The position numbers were made by a program, and so were the translations under genes. DNA of 62,720 nt, the filler included, from Sphacelaria rigidula (Eukaryota), in NCBI GenBank assembly GCA_964200075.2. It is 8 parts of 8 records of this genome, joined end to end, with 100 filler letters (N's around TTAATTAATTAA, not from the genome) between each part and the next. Parts side by side here need not be neighbours in the genome. Positions count along the whole stretch, not along the records: positions 1 to 7,754 come from CAXNAA020013567.1; positions 7,855 to 15,607 come from CAXNAA020013568.1; 6 more parts are not named here. One strand, 5' to 3'. Under the pieces are notes generated by a model. The model was not told where the DNA came from, did no database searches, and worked only from the letters and a program-made list of their open reading frames with translations. Shown piece by piece: positions 1 to 12,228 of the stretch (within the stretch, counting starts at the first letter, position 1; each line of letters opens with the position of its first letter).

Positions 1-589
1 ATGTTTTATCTACAAGCAGCTCTCTTACTCAGTACAGCCGCAGGGCAGCCATAGGAGCAGAGCGTAGTGATGGCCCAGGGTAGACCACGGCAAGGGCAGT
101 AATTGATCAAGATGGGGCAATGCGGCCTGCGACCGCGGCTGAACAAACCAAACTAATGACAGTAGCGAACGCGAAAACAACGCGTCACGAAATCCAGGGT
201 CTACGAGCAGACCCGCACAGCGTATATCTTGCACGCCTCTGATCTTCATCACAAGCATGCATGTGGTGAGTGTGGATATGCATAATATAGGCGGCCGGTT
301 GATTGTTCCTCGCACCCGCCTATACGCACCCCGCGTATGTCGTCGCCGCGCGATGCCGCAACCATGAAAGAAGGTGCTCAAGTTTCCATCAACGAGAAAT
401 ACATAATATCCACCCGCACGGCAGTGTGTTTGTGTCTATATCCCTGTGCCAACCCGTGCTCTTTGCTGCAGGGTTCTGGTGGTATAGCTGGGCGGAATAA
501 TACTGTTGTGCGGGCGGGTGTTCATTGATGTTCGATTTGTGTGCGGTGATATATGCTACAGTATTAATATGCGATTGATTAAGTTATAT

Positions 590-2400
590 TTTCTAAACAT
601 GGTTCGTGTTGATAGACTATGAAATACGGGGTTTTGTGAAGTATGTGCATACATGGGCGCGGTATACCTGATGGTCCAGCATCTTGCCACGCCTTCCCAG
701 GGGTTTCAGATGAAGCACAAGTGTGGACATACATACGTATTCAACATGTGGGATCTCTATCCAGCGAAAGCTGTTGAGAGCTATTCATCCTTTAGCCCAT
801 GTACACATGGACTGGGGGCGAAAGAATGAATACCTTTCAGCAATTTTTGCTGCGTGTCGGATCCCATGCGCTAGTAACTATGCAGTATGCGGGATTTGCC
901 CAGCAGCTGACGCTGCTCGCAAAAAATCTCTTTTACCCCAATCTCCGGATAAAATGGAGGGCAAAGTAAATATTTATTTCGAGCTTCTTCTGTTGTTCAA
1001 ATTCCGAATCTGCCAGTGTGCATAGGATTTGCGCAGCAGAAGAAGCTGTTCGAAATTGATCCTTTATTCGCTCATTTCAAAAATGGGCAAAAAAAGGATC
1101 TGTTTTGAATACCTTGTCCTGATGTCCAAAATGAATTCCTTTTCGCTCGATTCAAATCGGGTGAAGAGGAATTTACCTCGGACAGGAGGACAAGCTATTG
1201 AAAATATATAAATTTACAGATTTTGTAGAAAAATAGTTGGAATTAAAAAAGAAAAACGTCAGGATTTTTTACCAAAACACTACCACATGACTGTGCAGGG
1301 CTTTGCCGACAAGCCTACACAGGGCTGTAAACCCAACCCTGGGGAAAACCCTATCAAAACGCCACGAGGGGTACAGGTTTGGATTTTCACTGTCAGGGTT
1401 TTTTCACAAAGCCTGTGGAGGACCCTGTACGGACCCTGCACAGTGCGCCCCACAGGGTGCCATCTGTCCACGGGTGATTGCATAGCCATACGTAGCGCAC
1501 ATGCCGCGCTCACTCTGCAGTTTATAGCACCTAGCGTATAAGCACGCGGTATTGCACTGTCGTGCATGGTATTACACAGTTTATTGTTGTGATGTAGACC
1601 ATGGCTGGACCCCTGCTGGGGGGTCAGTTAAGTGCGACAGTCAGTCAATCAACCAATCAATCAACCAACCATCCCCATCAAATTACATACATATATACCG
1701 CAATCAGTGTTTTTCGCGTTTTTGCTAAAGATCATTTGGTTTGTCTTGGTCAGGACTGGACAGCAGGGTTTTCATAAGCTATGTGGATTCATATGCGAGG
1801 TATATACCATGGATCCAGCATCTTCACCACGCCTGCAGCGGAAGCGTCGCTTCGAAGCACAGGCGTGTGGACATACACTCGCAAGCAGTGTGTGGGATTT
1901 CTATCCAGCAAAACCTGTTGAGAATTCATCCTTTAGCCCAATTGATACATGAACTGGGTGGCAAGAGGATGGGTTATTCCCAACATTTGTTTCTGCGTCT
2001 CGGGTCCCATACGCTGATAACGGTGCAGTATGCGGGATCTGCACAGCTGATGCTGTTCGCAATAATTCTCCTTTTGCCCAATTTCCGAATGAATTAGCGG
2101 GCAAAGTGAGGATTTCTTTCAAACAGCTTCTTCTGCTGTTCAAGTTCCAAATCTGCGAGTGTGCATGGGATTTGTACAGTAGAAGAAGCTGTTCGAAATA
2201 AATCCTTTTTTTGCCCAAATCATTCATTGGGCAAAAAAAGGATCTAATTTGAATAGCTTCTCCTACTGTCCGAGATATATTCCTTTTTGCCCCATTTGAA
2301 TCGGGCAAAAAGAGGATTCATCTCGAACAGCAGGAGAAGCTATTCAAAATGAATATATTCACGATTTTGCACCAAACTAATTCAGAATTTTTAAAATTGG
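590..2400. repeat. Two diverged direct copies (~590-1270 and ~1720-2400) of a ~0.7-kb interspersed repeat
   Basis: Collinear shared blocks such as ccagcatctt..cacgcc, gtgtggacataca, attcatcctttagccca, gcagtatgcgggat, agaagaagctgttcgaaat and gggcaaaaaaaggatct. Confidence 0.8.
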
Positions 2401-2710
2401 GAGAGTCTCTCCACAGGGTTGCTTGCAGAGTTTCGACAAAAACGCTATGCAAAATGCTGGTAGAGGTACTAGTGTTTGCACATGCAGTGCACGATATTTC
2501 ACAAAAAACTGTGAAGAACCCCTCTCCCTCAGATAGGATTTGTGGCAACTGTGGGGGTATGCGGGGAACATCGCTCGGAATGAAACATGTAGAATGAATA
2601 GTATTCAGGGGTATCGTAGTACATCTTTCCCTGTTGAAAATCGAAATTTCCAACGCTTTTTACCCATTACAATGAACGACTGCTTTCCAAGAAACCATCC
2701 GTTGTTTCAG

Positions 2711-2910
2711 GACCTCCCCGGAGGTCTAATCCTAACCCTGAGGTGTCGGATTTTGCAAGCGCGTTGCACAACAGTGGTATCCTTCGACAGCCCCACCGCG
2801 AAACCGGTTTTCAACACAGTCATGGCGGAAGTGGCCATACAAGGCGTGATAGCTGGTTCAGACTGGATGAAGCGCCTCGCATGGGCGCTACTGGCGAAAC
2901 AACCCCAAGC
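2711..2910 (+). CDS. Probable internal exon of an unknown protein (DLPGGLILTLRC...LAWALLAKQPQA)
   Basis: tttcag| acceptor and |gtggga donor. Open frame, ends in phase 2, compatible with the next exon. Confidence 0.45.
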
Positions 2911-3032
2911 GTGGGACTAACCCTTACCCCCATTGTGTGTGTGTGCAGCTTTGCTGTGGGGCATCCATTTTATCCAGCTAACGACTGTACTGTAGTGATG
3001 CTGTACTCTGGTGTGCTGGTATATATCAGCAG

Positions 3033-3185
3033 ACTGCTGAATGATGCTGCGTTTCAAAGATCGCTGGCGTCTGTCGCCGCATTGGATCGTTTCGCTGGCG
3101 GCGGTCGTCGCCGGCGCAACAGTATAAAGTCTCTCTCAGATACTCAACAAGAGGCGCTCGAAACCTCGATGACTAGTCCAAAGAA
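3033..3185 (+). CDS. Probable next exon of the same unknown protein (LLNDAAFQRSLAS...MTSPK); possible terminal exon at 3329-3383 (VTWSNPLANPEPFGRNK*)
   Basis: cagcag| acceptor in phase 2 and |gtatgt donor. Phases match across the three exons. No family recognised. Confidence 0.4.
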
Positions 3186-3649
3186 GTATGTTTTCAGCAT
3201 GTTTTATGACGTGTGCCGTAGCGCCTAGATGCAGCTCCTGCTCAAAAGATGCCGCACAATGACGGCCGTATTTCTCTTGGACTGCTCATCATCATGCTTG
3301 CGCTGCCGTGCCGAAATTGCTGGGTTAGAGTTACATGGTCCAACCCGCTTGCGAATCCCGAGCCCTTTGGACGAAACAAATGAAATTTCGATGGCCTCTT
3401 CAACCTCACCCAAATGTTGAACCTCAAAAACGAATGCAGGCTGTTGAGTTTCGCAGAGAACATACGTCAAACACTGTAATTTCTTCTGCCTCGGACGGCG
3501 CTCCTGCGCGACACCCCCACCCGTCTGGAGGGGCAATTAACTGGGAAAATAATCGATGTACGAGCAACTGGCGCGGCCAGTTTTAGTCGAACTGAACAGA
3601 GGTGATTGTTCACAGCGCTGATAATAAATTTGCTTTTTCGTAGGGATAG

Positions 3650-5280
3650 AGTGTGTTCGGTAGGGTATGAGAGTCTTTACAAATCTTACAGAAGTAACGG
3701 GTACCAGGATGAAATTCGCACAAAGGTTACAGAACTTATCGGGTAGGTATAGAAAGCTTACAGAGAATCCAGGAGTTGTCGGGTGATGAAAAAAAGTTGC
3801 ATAGAAAATTGAACGCGCACCCGGATATTTGTGCAAGGGTATCGGGGTAAACTTTGTGTACAGAAAATACAGCACTGTCGGGTAAGGGTATAGGGGGATT
3901 ACAACCGTCACGACCATCGTGGACCGGTAGGAGAGTCTTCCGCGAGTCACAGCACTATCGAATGGGATTACGAAAGCGTTATTGGGGTCGCAGATCTGTC
4001 GAGAAGGGGTATATAAGTGTGTGTTACTGAAGTCATGGAGATATCGAGTAGGGTAATGAAAGTCTTACAGAAATCACGACATTTGTCGGGTAGGCCAATG
4101 AAAGTCTAACAGAAGCTACAGGACTTTCGGGTTCTGGTATGAAAGCCTTACAGAAGTCACCGAACTGTCGGATAGGGATAATATCCGTAAAGATACCCCG
4201 TGTATGCAACAAACCGGCTTTTATACAAGATAGGGTTGGACACCATAGTTCGATGATCTGCACCCTGCTAGTTGATACCGATTCTAGCGCAGATGAAGGC
4301 CCCCCACTCGATCCATTACTCGTGTCTAGAAATGGTCCACCCCAACGGTCTGCATTGCTTCCCATGTTGTGTTTTCCCCCTCAACTGTACCTCGTAACCC
4401 GTCTGTGTACCAAACTTGAAGAACTTTTTCGAAAGGTGTATGGATTTCACGGTTAGGACGACTCAACTCGTGATTCAAGTCATAAAATCATTCCTATGAC
4501 AAACTTATGCTATTCGTACATCATTGGTAATCCATACGGCTTCTCAGATCGTGCGTCGTGCAGTATAACCACAAGGTACCCGCTTTCTACCTTCCATGAA
4601 TCCCGGGGTAAATAATGGGCATATAGTCAACCCTACACTGCAAATTTGAATGCATCAATTGCACATGCCACGCACTTCTTACCGCCATGAGTCGGGAACG
4701 TCATGTACAACTTGCTTGACCAAGTCGTTCAAGGTGAGCGCCCGTACATGCTTCCCACCTTCGGGCTGATGCGGGACCAACAAGTTGTACAGATTGAATG
4801 TTTACTTCCGATGGGCCCTGAACCACGCGTAANNNNNNNNNNTCCACCCTCGACTCAGCGGGACCAGGGGTTTATACAGCATGACTGCTTGCGCGTCATG
4901 AGGAGTCGACTCGTATGAATTCTGATTCGTCCTAACCGTGACGGATTTGAATACCAGGGGGGTTTGATTGATGGAGGTTGGAAAACAAGTGCGAGTAATT
5001 GGAACAAAAGTAGGGATTGAATCAAAATATTCACCTCCCCCGGACATATACCCGTACCCTGCCTGCATCGGATATACGCACAAGAGTATACGTTGAACCC
5101 GGGTTGGGGTTATGGGAGGCTTACAGATCTTACAGAGTTGTCGACCAGGGGTATGATGGACTCTGCATATCTAACAACAACTGGCGGGTACCGGTAAGAA
5201 ACGTTTTACGAAACTCTTGGGTACTGATTATTGGAAGTTTTACGCGGTTGACAGGATTGAGCAGAACACAGCTGTAGCCA
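3650..5280. repeat. Degenerate repeat element rich in CTTACAGA / TGTCGGGTA motifs, interrupted by an inverted-repeat-bounded insert
   Basis: Many imperfect cttacaga...tgtcgggtagggtatga units at 3650-4200 and 5050-5280. Confidence 0.6.
4447..4941. mobile_element. Small insert bounded by 15-bp inverted repeats (possible non-autonomous DNA transposon)
   Basis: TCACGGTTAGGACGA (4447-4461) and TCGTCCTAACCGTGA (4927-4941) are a perfect inverted pair. No clear TSD. Confidence 0.5.
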
Positions 5281-6049
5281 TTCCCCCCGGTCAAGATGCG
5301 GGATTATTTTCCCACACCATGCCCGACAGGAGTAGATTGGCTTTAACCATAAATCGGATAAAAACACGCACGGCCTGTTGACAGCACTGATGGAAATGAA
5401 ACGTGTTGTTATCAGCTATATACGGGATCAACATCACTGTGTTCGAAATGAACACATATTCGGAAAATGAAGAACGCAACACGTTTGAGAAGAGGCGAGA
5501 GTAGACAGAGAAGAGGCGAGACAGGAAAGATAGGAGAGAGACCAACACAGACAGCGATGACAACAGTAGATGCGAACTCCGTGCGGGTTTGACTACAGCC
5601 AGGCTCACCTTCTTGTCGCTCCTGCCTAGCCCGATTTTCCGATCGGTACATCCTTGTTATCTGACCTATCCGCTTTCCGGGCAAAACTTCACGTGACAAC
5701 CCGATTTGAGTTCGCTCGTAGTAGGGTTGTTAGCGAAACGTGAACGTCTTTACCGCCCTCGTACTCTTCGATGAAGGGAACCCGTACGCTCGCCGTTTGA
5801 TCACATGAAAAACGAGATCAGTCTAGATTAATCGCGTGTCCGATCGCCGATAGCTCGTTGTTGAGATGCCCCCAGGATGATTGGGTTGGTATAAGGGAGT
5901 GAACGTCGATCACGTACTTCAACACCCCCCTCCACCTCAGTCACGGACGGCGTCGTCACGCACAAGTGAAGACAACGAAGAAAGTAGCAATGAAGCTGAA
6001 CCTTCTCAAGGTTGTTTCAAGAGATTCGGAGAGCCGGTTGCTGCGTGTG

Positions 6050-7500
6050 ATGCCTCCAACCTCCGAAAGTGCCTCGATTTAAGTTGCGACAGTCAAGTCT
6101 GAGACGTTCAATCAAGACTCGCTCTGGTTAAGAGGGGTCGGATTGGGAGTGTTCGCCAGTGCGCCCAGAGACGGAAGCGAAACACAACGATATGAGCACC
6201 AATGAAGCTGAAACTTGTTGAGGGCGTCTCCATTGATGTTAGAAGAGCAACGGGGTGCTTTTGTCGCGCAGCACGGCTTCGAATCAATCCGGGGCAAAAC
6301 GCGTGTGGTTCGGAGCTTTGTCATGAGGCCCGGACGGACAGGACAGGACACTTCCCGGATTTCGGTTCAGTAGAAGCCTTTTCAGCCCTTAGGGCCTCAA
6401 AGGAATTGATCGATGAGTTCATTGTCGTACATCACTGCACGGCGAAAATATTCAATGTTATTTCGACGATCCTCACCCGTTGCACCTCCTGCAAGACAAC
6501 AAGCAAGAACACACAACTTCCTCATTTCCATTGCTCTGTCCGCCCCCTTTTCCCTACACCACGCATGTGCACCCCCCACGTCCCCTGCTTAGCCCAATGT
6601 CCCCCTTACCGTAGAGAGCACACCCCACATTTCTGCCTTGACATCCTTGTCCAATACCATCCCCTACTTGCTTCTTCCGTGCTGCAACTAAACTCCGATG
6701 CAGCAAGATTCAACTTCTTCAACCCTGCGAAGCTCAGCTTCTTGCGCAAAAACTCAACATATTTGCTTGCAACAACTCAGCCGAGATTTTCTTCGTTTCT
6801 GTGATCACGGTAGCCGCGCCGTAATCTCTCTGAACACCTCCCATGTACGTCTGACGTCGTACCGTGGGTAATCCCACAAATACCTGCACGTACATCCCTT
6901 TGGCCATCGTCGAACCCATGATGAGCAAGCATTTGTTTCATTGCCGACACGGTGGTCCTCCTGTCAATACCTGCGCCCCCCCGAACCCAACACACACCAC
7001 GCATAGCACGATTATAGAGTACCTCCGACGCAGATTGCCTACAGTCGGGAAAGACTTGGCCAAGCCGATGATCGCCCGTTCTGACTGATGAAAAAAAGGA
7101 AGAGCGAGACACCGTCCATGTGCAGATTTCCATGACCGATGCAACACCACTACCATATTTCTCGGTGAATAAATAAAAAGGCTGAAAATTCAGAAAACCA
7201 CTGCGGGGGCAACATGAATAATCGCCGCACTGTGCACGGCCCATATCATCAATGATGAATACTCAGGTGAGCCGTACGTGAATTTTCGGTCGAATGGAAT
7301 CTGCAGCATCGTTTTTAAGTCGTTCGCCGAGGAAATCAACACGGCAGAAATGGAAACACGATACACACCCCATCTAATCGTTTTTCAACCCCCCTCTCGT
7401 GTGTATTTTCGCATTTGCCATCAAAGACTTCCGAGACTCGACCTTCCCCTGGGCTACTTCAACACACATCAAGTCATTCTCCACTGTAGCATGTCGGCTC
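6050..7500 (-). pseudogene. Fossil Kolobok-type DDE transposase (multiple frameshifts and stops)
   Basis: Motifs recovered in the expected order across frames: CP-rich N-terminus, GVASVMEIC, RYSI/NRA...SAMKQML/LIMG, TSD(G)TWE (needs one restored base), YGAATVITETKKI(L)G*VVASKY, KGADRAME, RLDCRN. These parallel the Kolobok consensus GLAS..I.C / YEINRR / DG.W.KRG..S..G..T.I...TGKV.....SKYC / GSS.AME / KLEC. Confidence 0.55.
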
Positions 7501-7754
7501 AGCTTAGCTCAGCTGGGCACCACAGATGCCTTCTCTTCTCCTCCTTCGGCCTTTGCAGGGATAGCTACCGCCGCCGCCGCTTCCTTACTGCTCTCGACGG
7601 TGTTAGTCTGACATCATCAGACGAGAGATGAGCAGGGGGGGGGGGGATTCATGATCATGCATGCCATAGTCATGGGACCATTGACCTCGCATTCCTACAA
7701 AGCCGGGACGGAGCCCGCCGGGTTTTCCCCGGACCAGGCTCGCACCAAAACCAC

Positions 7755-7854
7755 NNNNNNNNNNNNNNNNNNNNNNNNNNNNNNNNNNNNNNNNNNNNTT
7801 AATTAATTAANNNNNNNNNNNNNNNNNNNNNNNNNNNNNNNNNNNNNNNNNNNN
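7755..7854. other. Artificial contig spacer (44N-TTAATTAATTAA-44N)
   Basis: 100-bp spacer with a six-frame stop linker. Identical spacers at 15608-15707, 23461-23560, 31314-31413, 39167-39266, 47019-47118 and 54870-54969. Contig lengths fall from 7754 to 7751. Confidence 0.98.
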
Positions 7855-8447
7855 TTCAAAGCTGCTAAAAGTTACACAAACAACAGCTTCCCCAGTTTCC
7901 CGAATGAACCCGATGTAAGCATATCGCCGTGAAGTGTAGACCAACCTGGCAACACACGGCACCGCCGCTGAATAAAATGAAAAATAAAATGAAAAAAGTG
8001 TACTGCATCATATATGACCTCAACGACGGACAAAAAAGAGAAGAGAATCTGTCGGGATTCGAACTCATGACCTCCATAATTAACGTCTCCCATCACTTGA
8101 ATTACAGGGGTGCAGAAGCGTCACGCAATATGTTGCACGCACGGCCCAATTCGACGACTTTTGAGCTGAAATTTCAGGAAAACCTTCTGCACCCGAGGAA
8201 ATGATACATCACGTGAGCAGCTGCAGATTCTCATTTTTCTCCTGGACTTATGGCATTATCTTGTTTCTGCTGAAATTCCGAATCCCCACAACTTCCTGTT
8301 TTTTCTTTTTTTTTCTTTGCTGGTCACGCGATCTTCTGCATTTCGGTCATGAAAAGCTGCTATCAGAGTTTCAGCGTCCAACTCCTAATATCACGCCGTT
8401 CGTCGCCTGAGCGAGATTCACACCTACTCTTGCCTGGCCCAGCTCGT
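7855..8447. mobile_element. Partial mariner-type MITE family A (uninterrupted copy)
   Basis: Collinear with 24780-24915, 25495-25870 and 27069-27121. Ends TGGCCCAGCTCG|TA. Confidence 0.75.
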
Positions 8448-8837
8448 ACTCCGATGATCGTTTCTTTTCCGTCTCTTTTTTCTCTTTTTCTTTTTCCCTT
8501 CGATTATTGTTAGTAGTAGTTGTGGTATTTGTATCATTAGTGTTATGAGTTTTATTATTAGTTTAGTAGTTTTTTTGTAATTATCGTTGTAATCATAATA
8601 TCGTTACTGTATCATAATTATCATCATACTGTCACTATCATTACTGTCATTACCATTCATTCATTTTCTCCTGTTTTTTCTATCCCTCACCATCATCACC
8701 ACCATCGATGACGTGTATCGGCACTACAGTTCAGGAACGTTTCTTATCCCATCTATCATATCAAACTCCGCCTAATCGCATGCCGCATGTAGACAGAATC
8801 TATTTGCTGGTCCCAAATCCATCTCCTCTCCCCTCAG

Positions 8838-8945
8838 ACACCCTGCGTGTTTTGGTTCCGACTTCCGCCGCATTCATGCCTCGCCTCGTTCCGTACTGCT
8901 CCGTCTTGACGGGATACGTCGTCAATGGTCAAATGACTGAGGCAG
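8838..8945 (+). CDS. Possible exon of the PPR protein (DTLRVL...PRLVPYCSVLTGYVVNGQMTEA)
   Basis: ccctcag| acceptor and a PPR-like motif P.LV.Y.SVL.GY...G...EA. Donor position uncertain. Confidence 0.45.
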
Positions 8946-9222
8946 GCAACAAATGAGTACCCGTTCCCCCCCTTATTTTTTTTCTCGACTACGTTAAACT
9001 TCAATTGTTGAAATAAATCTTTGAGAAGGATCATCTCACGCTTGATTCCATTTTGGTTTTATATTATTTTATTTTGTAATTTCCTTCTGATTTATCATTT
9101 CTTGAACAACTAGATCGACTTGTGATACTTGCCCTCCTCCCCCCCCTCCCTCCGCCCCTACTTCTCGTTTGACCCGTTCCGGCTCGGCCTGCCCCACCCC
9201 TCCTCCTCTCCCCGGGCCACAG

Positions 9223-9338
9223 GTTTTAGGCCGAGAGACCCTCTTGTAAACAAGCTGGTATATGCCTGCATAAGAAAGGCAGAACCAAGCCTTGTGCACT
9301 CGGTACTGGATCTCGTCGGACGGGGCGGCAATGTACTT
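9223..9338 (+). CDS. Pentatricopeptide-repeat (PPR) protein exon (GFRPRDPLVNKLVYACIRKAEPSLVHSVLDLVGRGGNVL)
   Basis: Pyrimidine tract then ccacag| acceptor, |gtgagc donor, phase 1 to 0. PPR-like G..P....N.LV.AC motif. Confidence 0.75.
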
Positions 9339-9569
9339 GTGAGCGAGTGTTGTTCGGTTTGCTTGTGAGGGGAGAGCACGCCGGACATGTACCTCCTCCT
9401 CCTCCTTCTGCGATTATCATTATTTCAAGTCGTGAGCCGTTCCCGAAGAAAATCCCGCGTTCTTCCATACTGAAAATCATCGTCTTGGAAGATAGATAAA
9501 ACATATGTGTGTGTGAAGACTTGCGTCGTCTGTACGCACGTCCTGGCATTGCGTGTTTGTTGTTATTGT

Positions 9570-9603
<34 letters not shown>

Positions 9604-9865
9604 TCTTGAACTTGTGTTGTCCTCCTCTCTTTTAATTCGTAGTGAGATGAAGCCACTCGTAGCTGAATGATTTTTTTTTCATGTGTGGTTTGCGTCTCTT
9701 GGCGTGTGGGTTGAGAATTACCTGTGCACACTTAAAGTAATGCTTCGTGACCATGTGCTGTGACCATGTGCCTGCAGCACCTTGGATGTTCGTAATATTT
9801 GCACATCAGTTTATTTCCGCCCCCTCCCCTCCTCCCGCGCGCTTCAAAAACACAAAAACACGCAG

Positions 9866-9976
9866 CTGGCCCACACGGTTCAAAACGTGCTGTATTTGGC
9901 GGCTCGAAGAAAAGACACGGATCTTGCCACTAAGATATGGGCGCTGGCTCAGACTTGGGACTATGAGTTTTCTGAC
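9866..9976 (+). CDS. PPR protein exon (LAHTVQNVLYLAARRKDTDLATKIWALAQTWDYEFSD)
   Basis: cgcag| acceptor, |gtgagt donor, 111 bp, phase 0/0, helical-repeat pattern. Confidence 0.75.
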
Positions 9977-10964
9977 GTGAGTTTCTTGAAAGGGAACAGC
10001 TCGGGTGGAGAATAAATTGGCGTGTGTGTATGCGTGTGTCTCTGTGTCTCTGTGTCTCTGTGTCTCTGTGTGCCAATTATTTGCTTTTGCCAAAGCTTAT
10101 GGGTTTGCCAAGTACAATGCTTAGATACGGAAAAATAAATGTTCGTAGGCTCTGGCCCCTCGGGAGCCAGACCTTCATCGGCGGTACCGTGACCCCAACG
10201 CTGGAGCTGCCAGGCGCCTCCCTGCTGTTCACGAGCACCCCCTGCCCCCCGCCCCCCCTTGAAGGGGGGGGGGGGTATACTCATGATCTTGCATGCCGTA
10301 GTCATGGACGGAGCACCGTTCCTACTCCTAATAGAGACACCTCCAACATTTTGGTGCTCATTACGTTTCCTCCATACATGAGCACAAAAACTTTTCACAT
10401 ATTTTATCCCCGTCCTGTTTCGCCTTCTGTGGCCACCATCTGGGTCCTAGTATGGCCATCGTTTTCTCCATTCCGTCTACTGCATCAAACGCTTTCATAC
10501 CACCTTCGTTCACGTCCCGCATTTCCCCCTCTAGCACGTCCCGTTCCTCATCGTATAGTTCACACTGCCACTTTACGAGTTCAACCCCCCGTATGGTGGC
10601 GGCAATCATTTTCATGTCCTGGTACAGCTCGGTTTCTATCTTCGATGGGGTAGTCCGTTAGACCGGGCACGTGGTATATGGGGCTCGAATCCACACGCAG
10701 ACTTCCGTGACCCGCGGCAAGTTTTTTTTGCCTGAGGAGGGGAAAAAATCCCAATTTTTCGATCAAACTTTCCGTGCAGACTACTTTAGTGATGAGGATC
10801 ACGGGCACGCCTTGATTATTTTTTTTTATGATGATGAAATATTTCAGGCGTGCATGTTTCCCCCCCCCGTGAAGTGATTGCCTCCGTCTTGCAAACCGAT
10901 GGAGTGTTCTGGTGTCTATCGAGAGTCGCCTTTTTCCATGTGAACGTTCAATTGTGATTTTTGT

Positions 10965-11438
10965 CGGCCGCTTCTCACACTAGATAATAATCTGGAAAGG
11001 TGCCTTTTGGGAGCTTCTACGTCGTTTTACGCCCCAAAAGAGAGCAGGGCGGATTCTGACATCTTGGAATGTCTTGCTGTACTCGTTGAGACGGTTCCAG
11101 TACACCTGCGCGTTTTGTCGGTGGTCGCAGTTCTTCTCTCGCCCAAAGTTGCATTTTTCTCGGAGACCGCTCATCTTTCTCGGAGATCGGTCATGCCGAC
11201 AAAAATTCGCGAAGTTTTTGTGGACTTGACCAGTCTCCGAGAAAAATGCAAAAGTGGGCAAGAACAAAACTGCGGTCACCGGAAAAACGCATAGGTGTGC
11301 TGGAACCGTCTCAACGAGTACAGCAAGGCATTCCAAGGTGTCATAACCCGTCCAGCTCACTTACGGGGCAAAAACGACGTAAAAGCTCCAAAAGGGCACC
11401 TTTCCAGATTTTATTTTCGCTTACTAGAAGAGGCGGTC
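10965..11438. mobile_element. Foldback MITE (long imperfect hairpin) in a PPR intron; a half copy lies at ~21530-21730
   Basis: Arms such as atctggaaaggtgccttttgggagct / agctccaaaagggcacctttccagat and tgctgtactcgttgagacggttccag / ctggaaccgtctcaacgagtacagca are reverse complements. Confidence 0.8.
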
Positions 11439-11478
11439 CCACAGATGAAAGACAAATTTCTCGGATATTTCGTTTTAT

Positions 11479-11479
<1 letters not shown>

Positions 11480-11535
<56 letters not shown>
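11480..11535. repeat. (TGT)n microsatellite; others at ~9556-9602 (GTT), ~14625-14690 (CTGCA), ~16175-16213 (AAC) and ~16318-16385 (GATT)
   Basis: Read directly from the sequence. Confidence 0.95.
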
Positions 11536-11536
<1 letters not shown>

Positions 11537-11607
11537 CTTGCTGTTGTTTTCGCCAACGATTTATTGGTTTCTCTTGGCAACATGATCGTGTGAAACTGTG
11601 TCAACAG

Positions 11608-11691
11608 ATGGACTACAACTTCACTGTATCCACGTTCATCAACTCTGGAAAGGATGAGATGGCGCTTGCCACAATATCCCAGGCCTACAAG
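11608..11691 (+). CDS. PPR protein exon (MDYNFTVSTFINSGKDEMALATISQAYK) with GC donor
   Basis: caacag| acceptor, aag|gcaagt donor, 84 bp, phase 0/0. PPR-like YN..V......G..E.AL motif. Confidence 0.7.
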
Positions 11692-12228
11692 GCAAGTTTT
11701 TTTCCCGTTTTTTTCCCGTTTTCTGTCGCGTGTAAGTGTATATTTGCGTTATGTATGTTGTGTAATGATTGTATTTATTTGTTTTTTGCCAAGAAGCTTC
11801 ATTCTGTGTCCCATGTATTACTGGGTTCTGTCTACGGTGTGACTGCATTTTCGGAGTGTACCGTAGGTCAAATGGACAACCTGCCTTGTGAGAGTCGCAT
11901 TGCCCCCCACTCCACCCGCGCCGGCATTATCGAGGAAGTACAAACATGCCGCCAATTCCACGATGTTCGTTGTGTGGAAACCAACATGAAGCTATCCCGC
12001 GGCGTTAAAGTAGTGCCGGGGAGGGGGATGAGGGAGGGTGACCACTTTTTTGCGCTCGAAAATAATGACTGCGAGACGCTGACTCTTTACCCCTTTAGCG
12101 CCGAAGGTGACCATGTGGGGAACCGTCATCATTCCACGATGTATGCGGAGGTCGCCGATGCTGGGTATCTCGGGCCTCCATGTCGACCTGTCATTCAACG
12201 TGGTTAAAAAAAATTGCGAAAAATACAG

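Noticed and set aside
4480..4800. CACTA transposase fragment (LWLYCTTHDL; NLLVPHQPEG)
   Set aside because: Resemblance is too weak and short to call without a search.
6202..6804. 200-aa plus-strand ORF
   Set aside because: Antisense shadow of the decayed transposase; no recognisable motifs.
7799..7810. Regularly spaced TTAATTAATTAA motif as a biological signal
   Set aside because: Always centred in N runs; it is an assembly linker.
8045..8075. tRNA gene from a GAGTTCGAATCC B-box on the minus strand
   Set aside because: Isolated B-box-like motif inside MITE family A; no cloverleaf.
11246..11604. Poly-Leu, poly-Cys and poly-Asn ORFs
   Set aside because: Translations of a (TGT)n microsatellite plus MITE sequence inside an intron.
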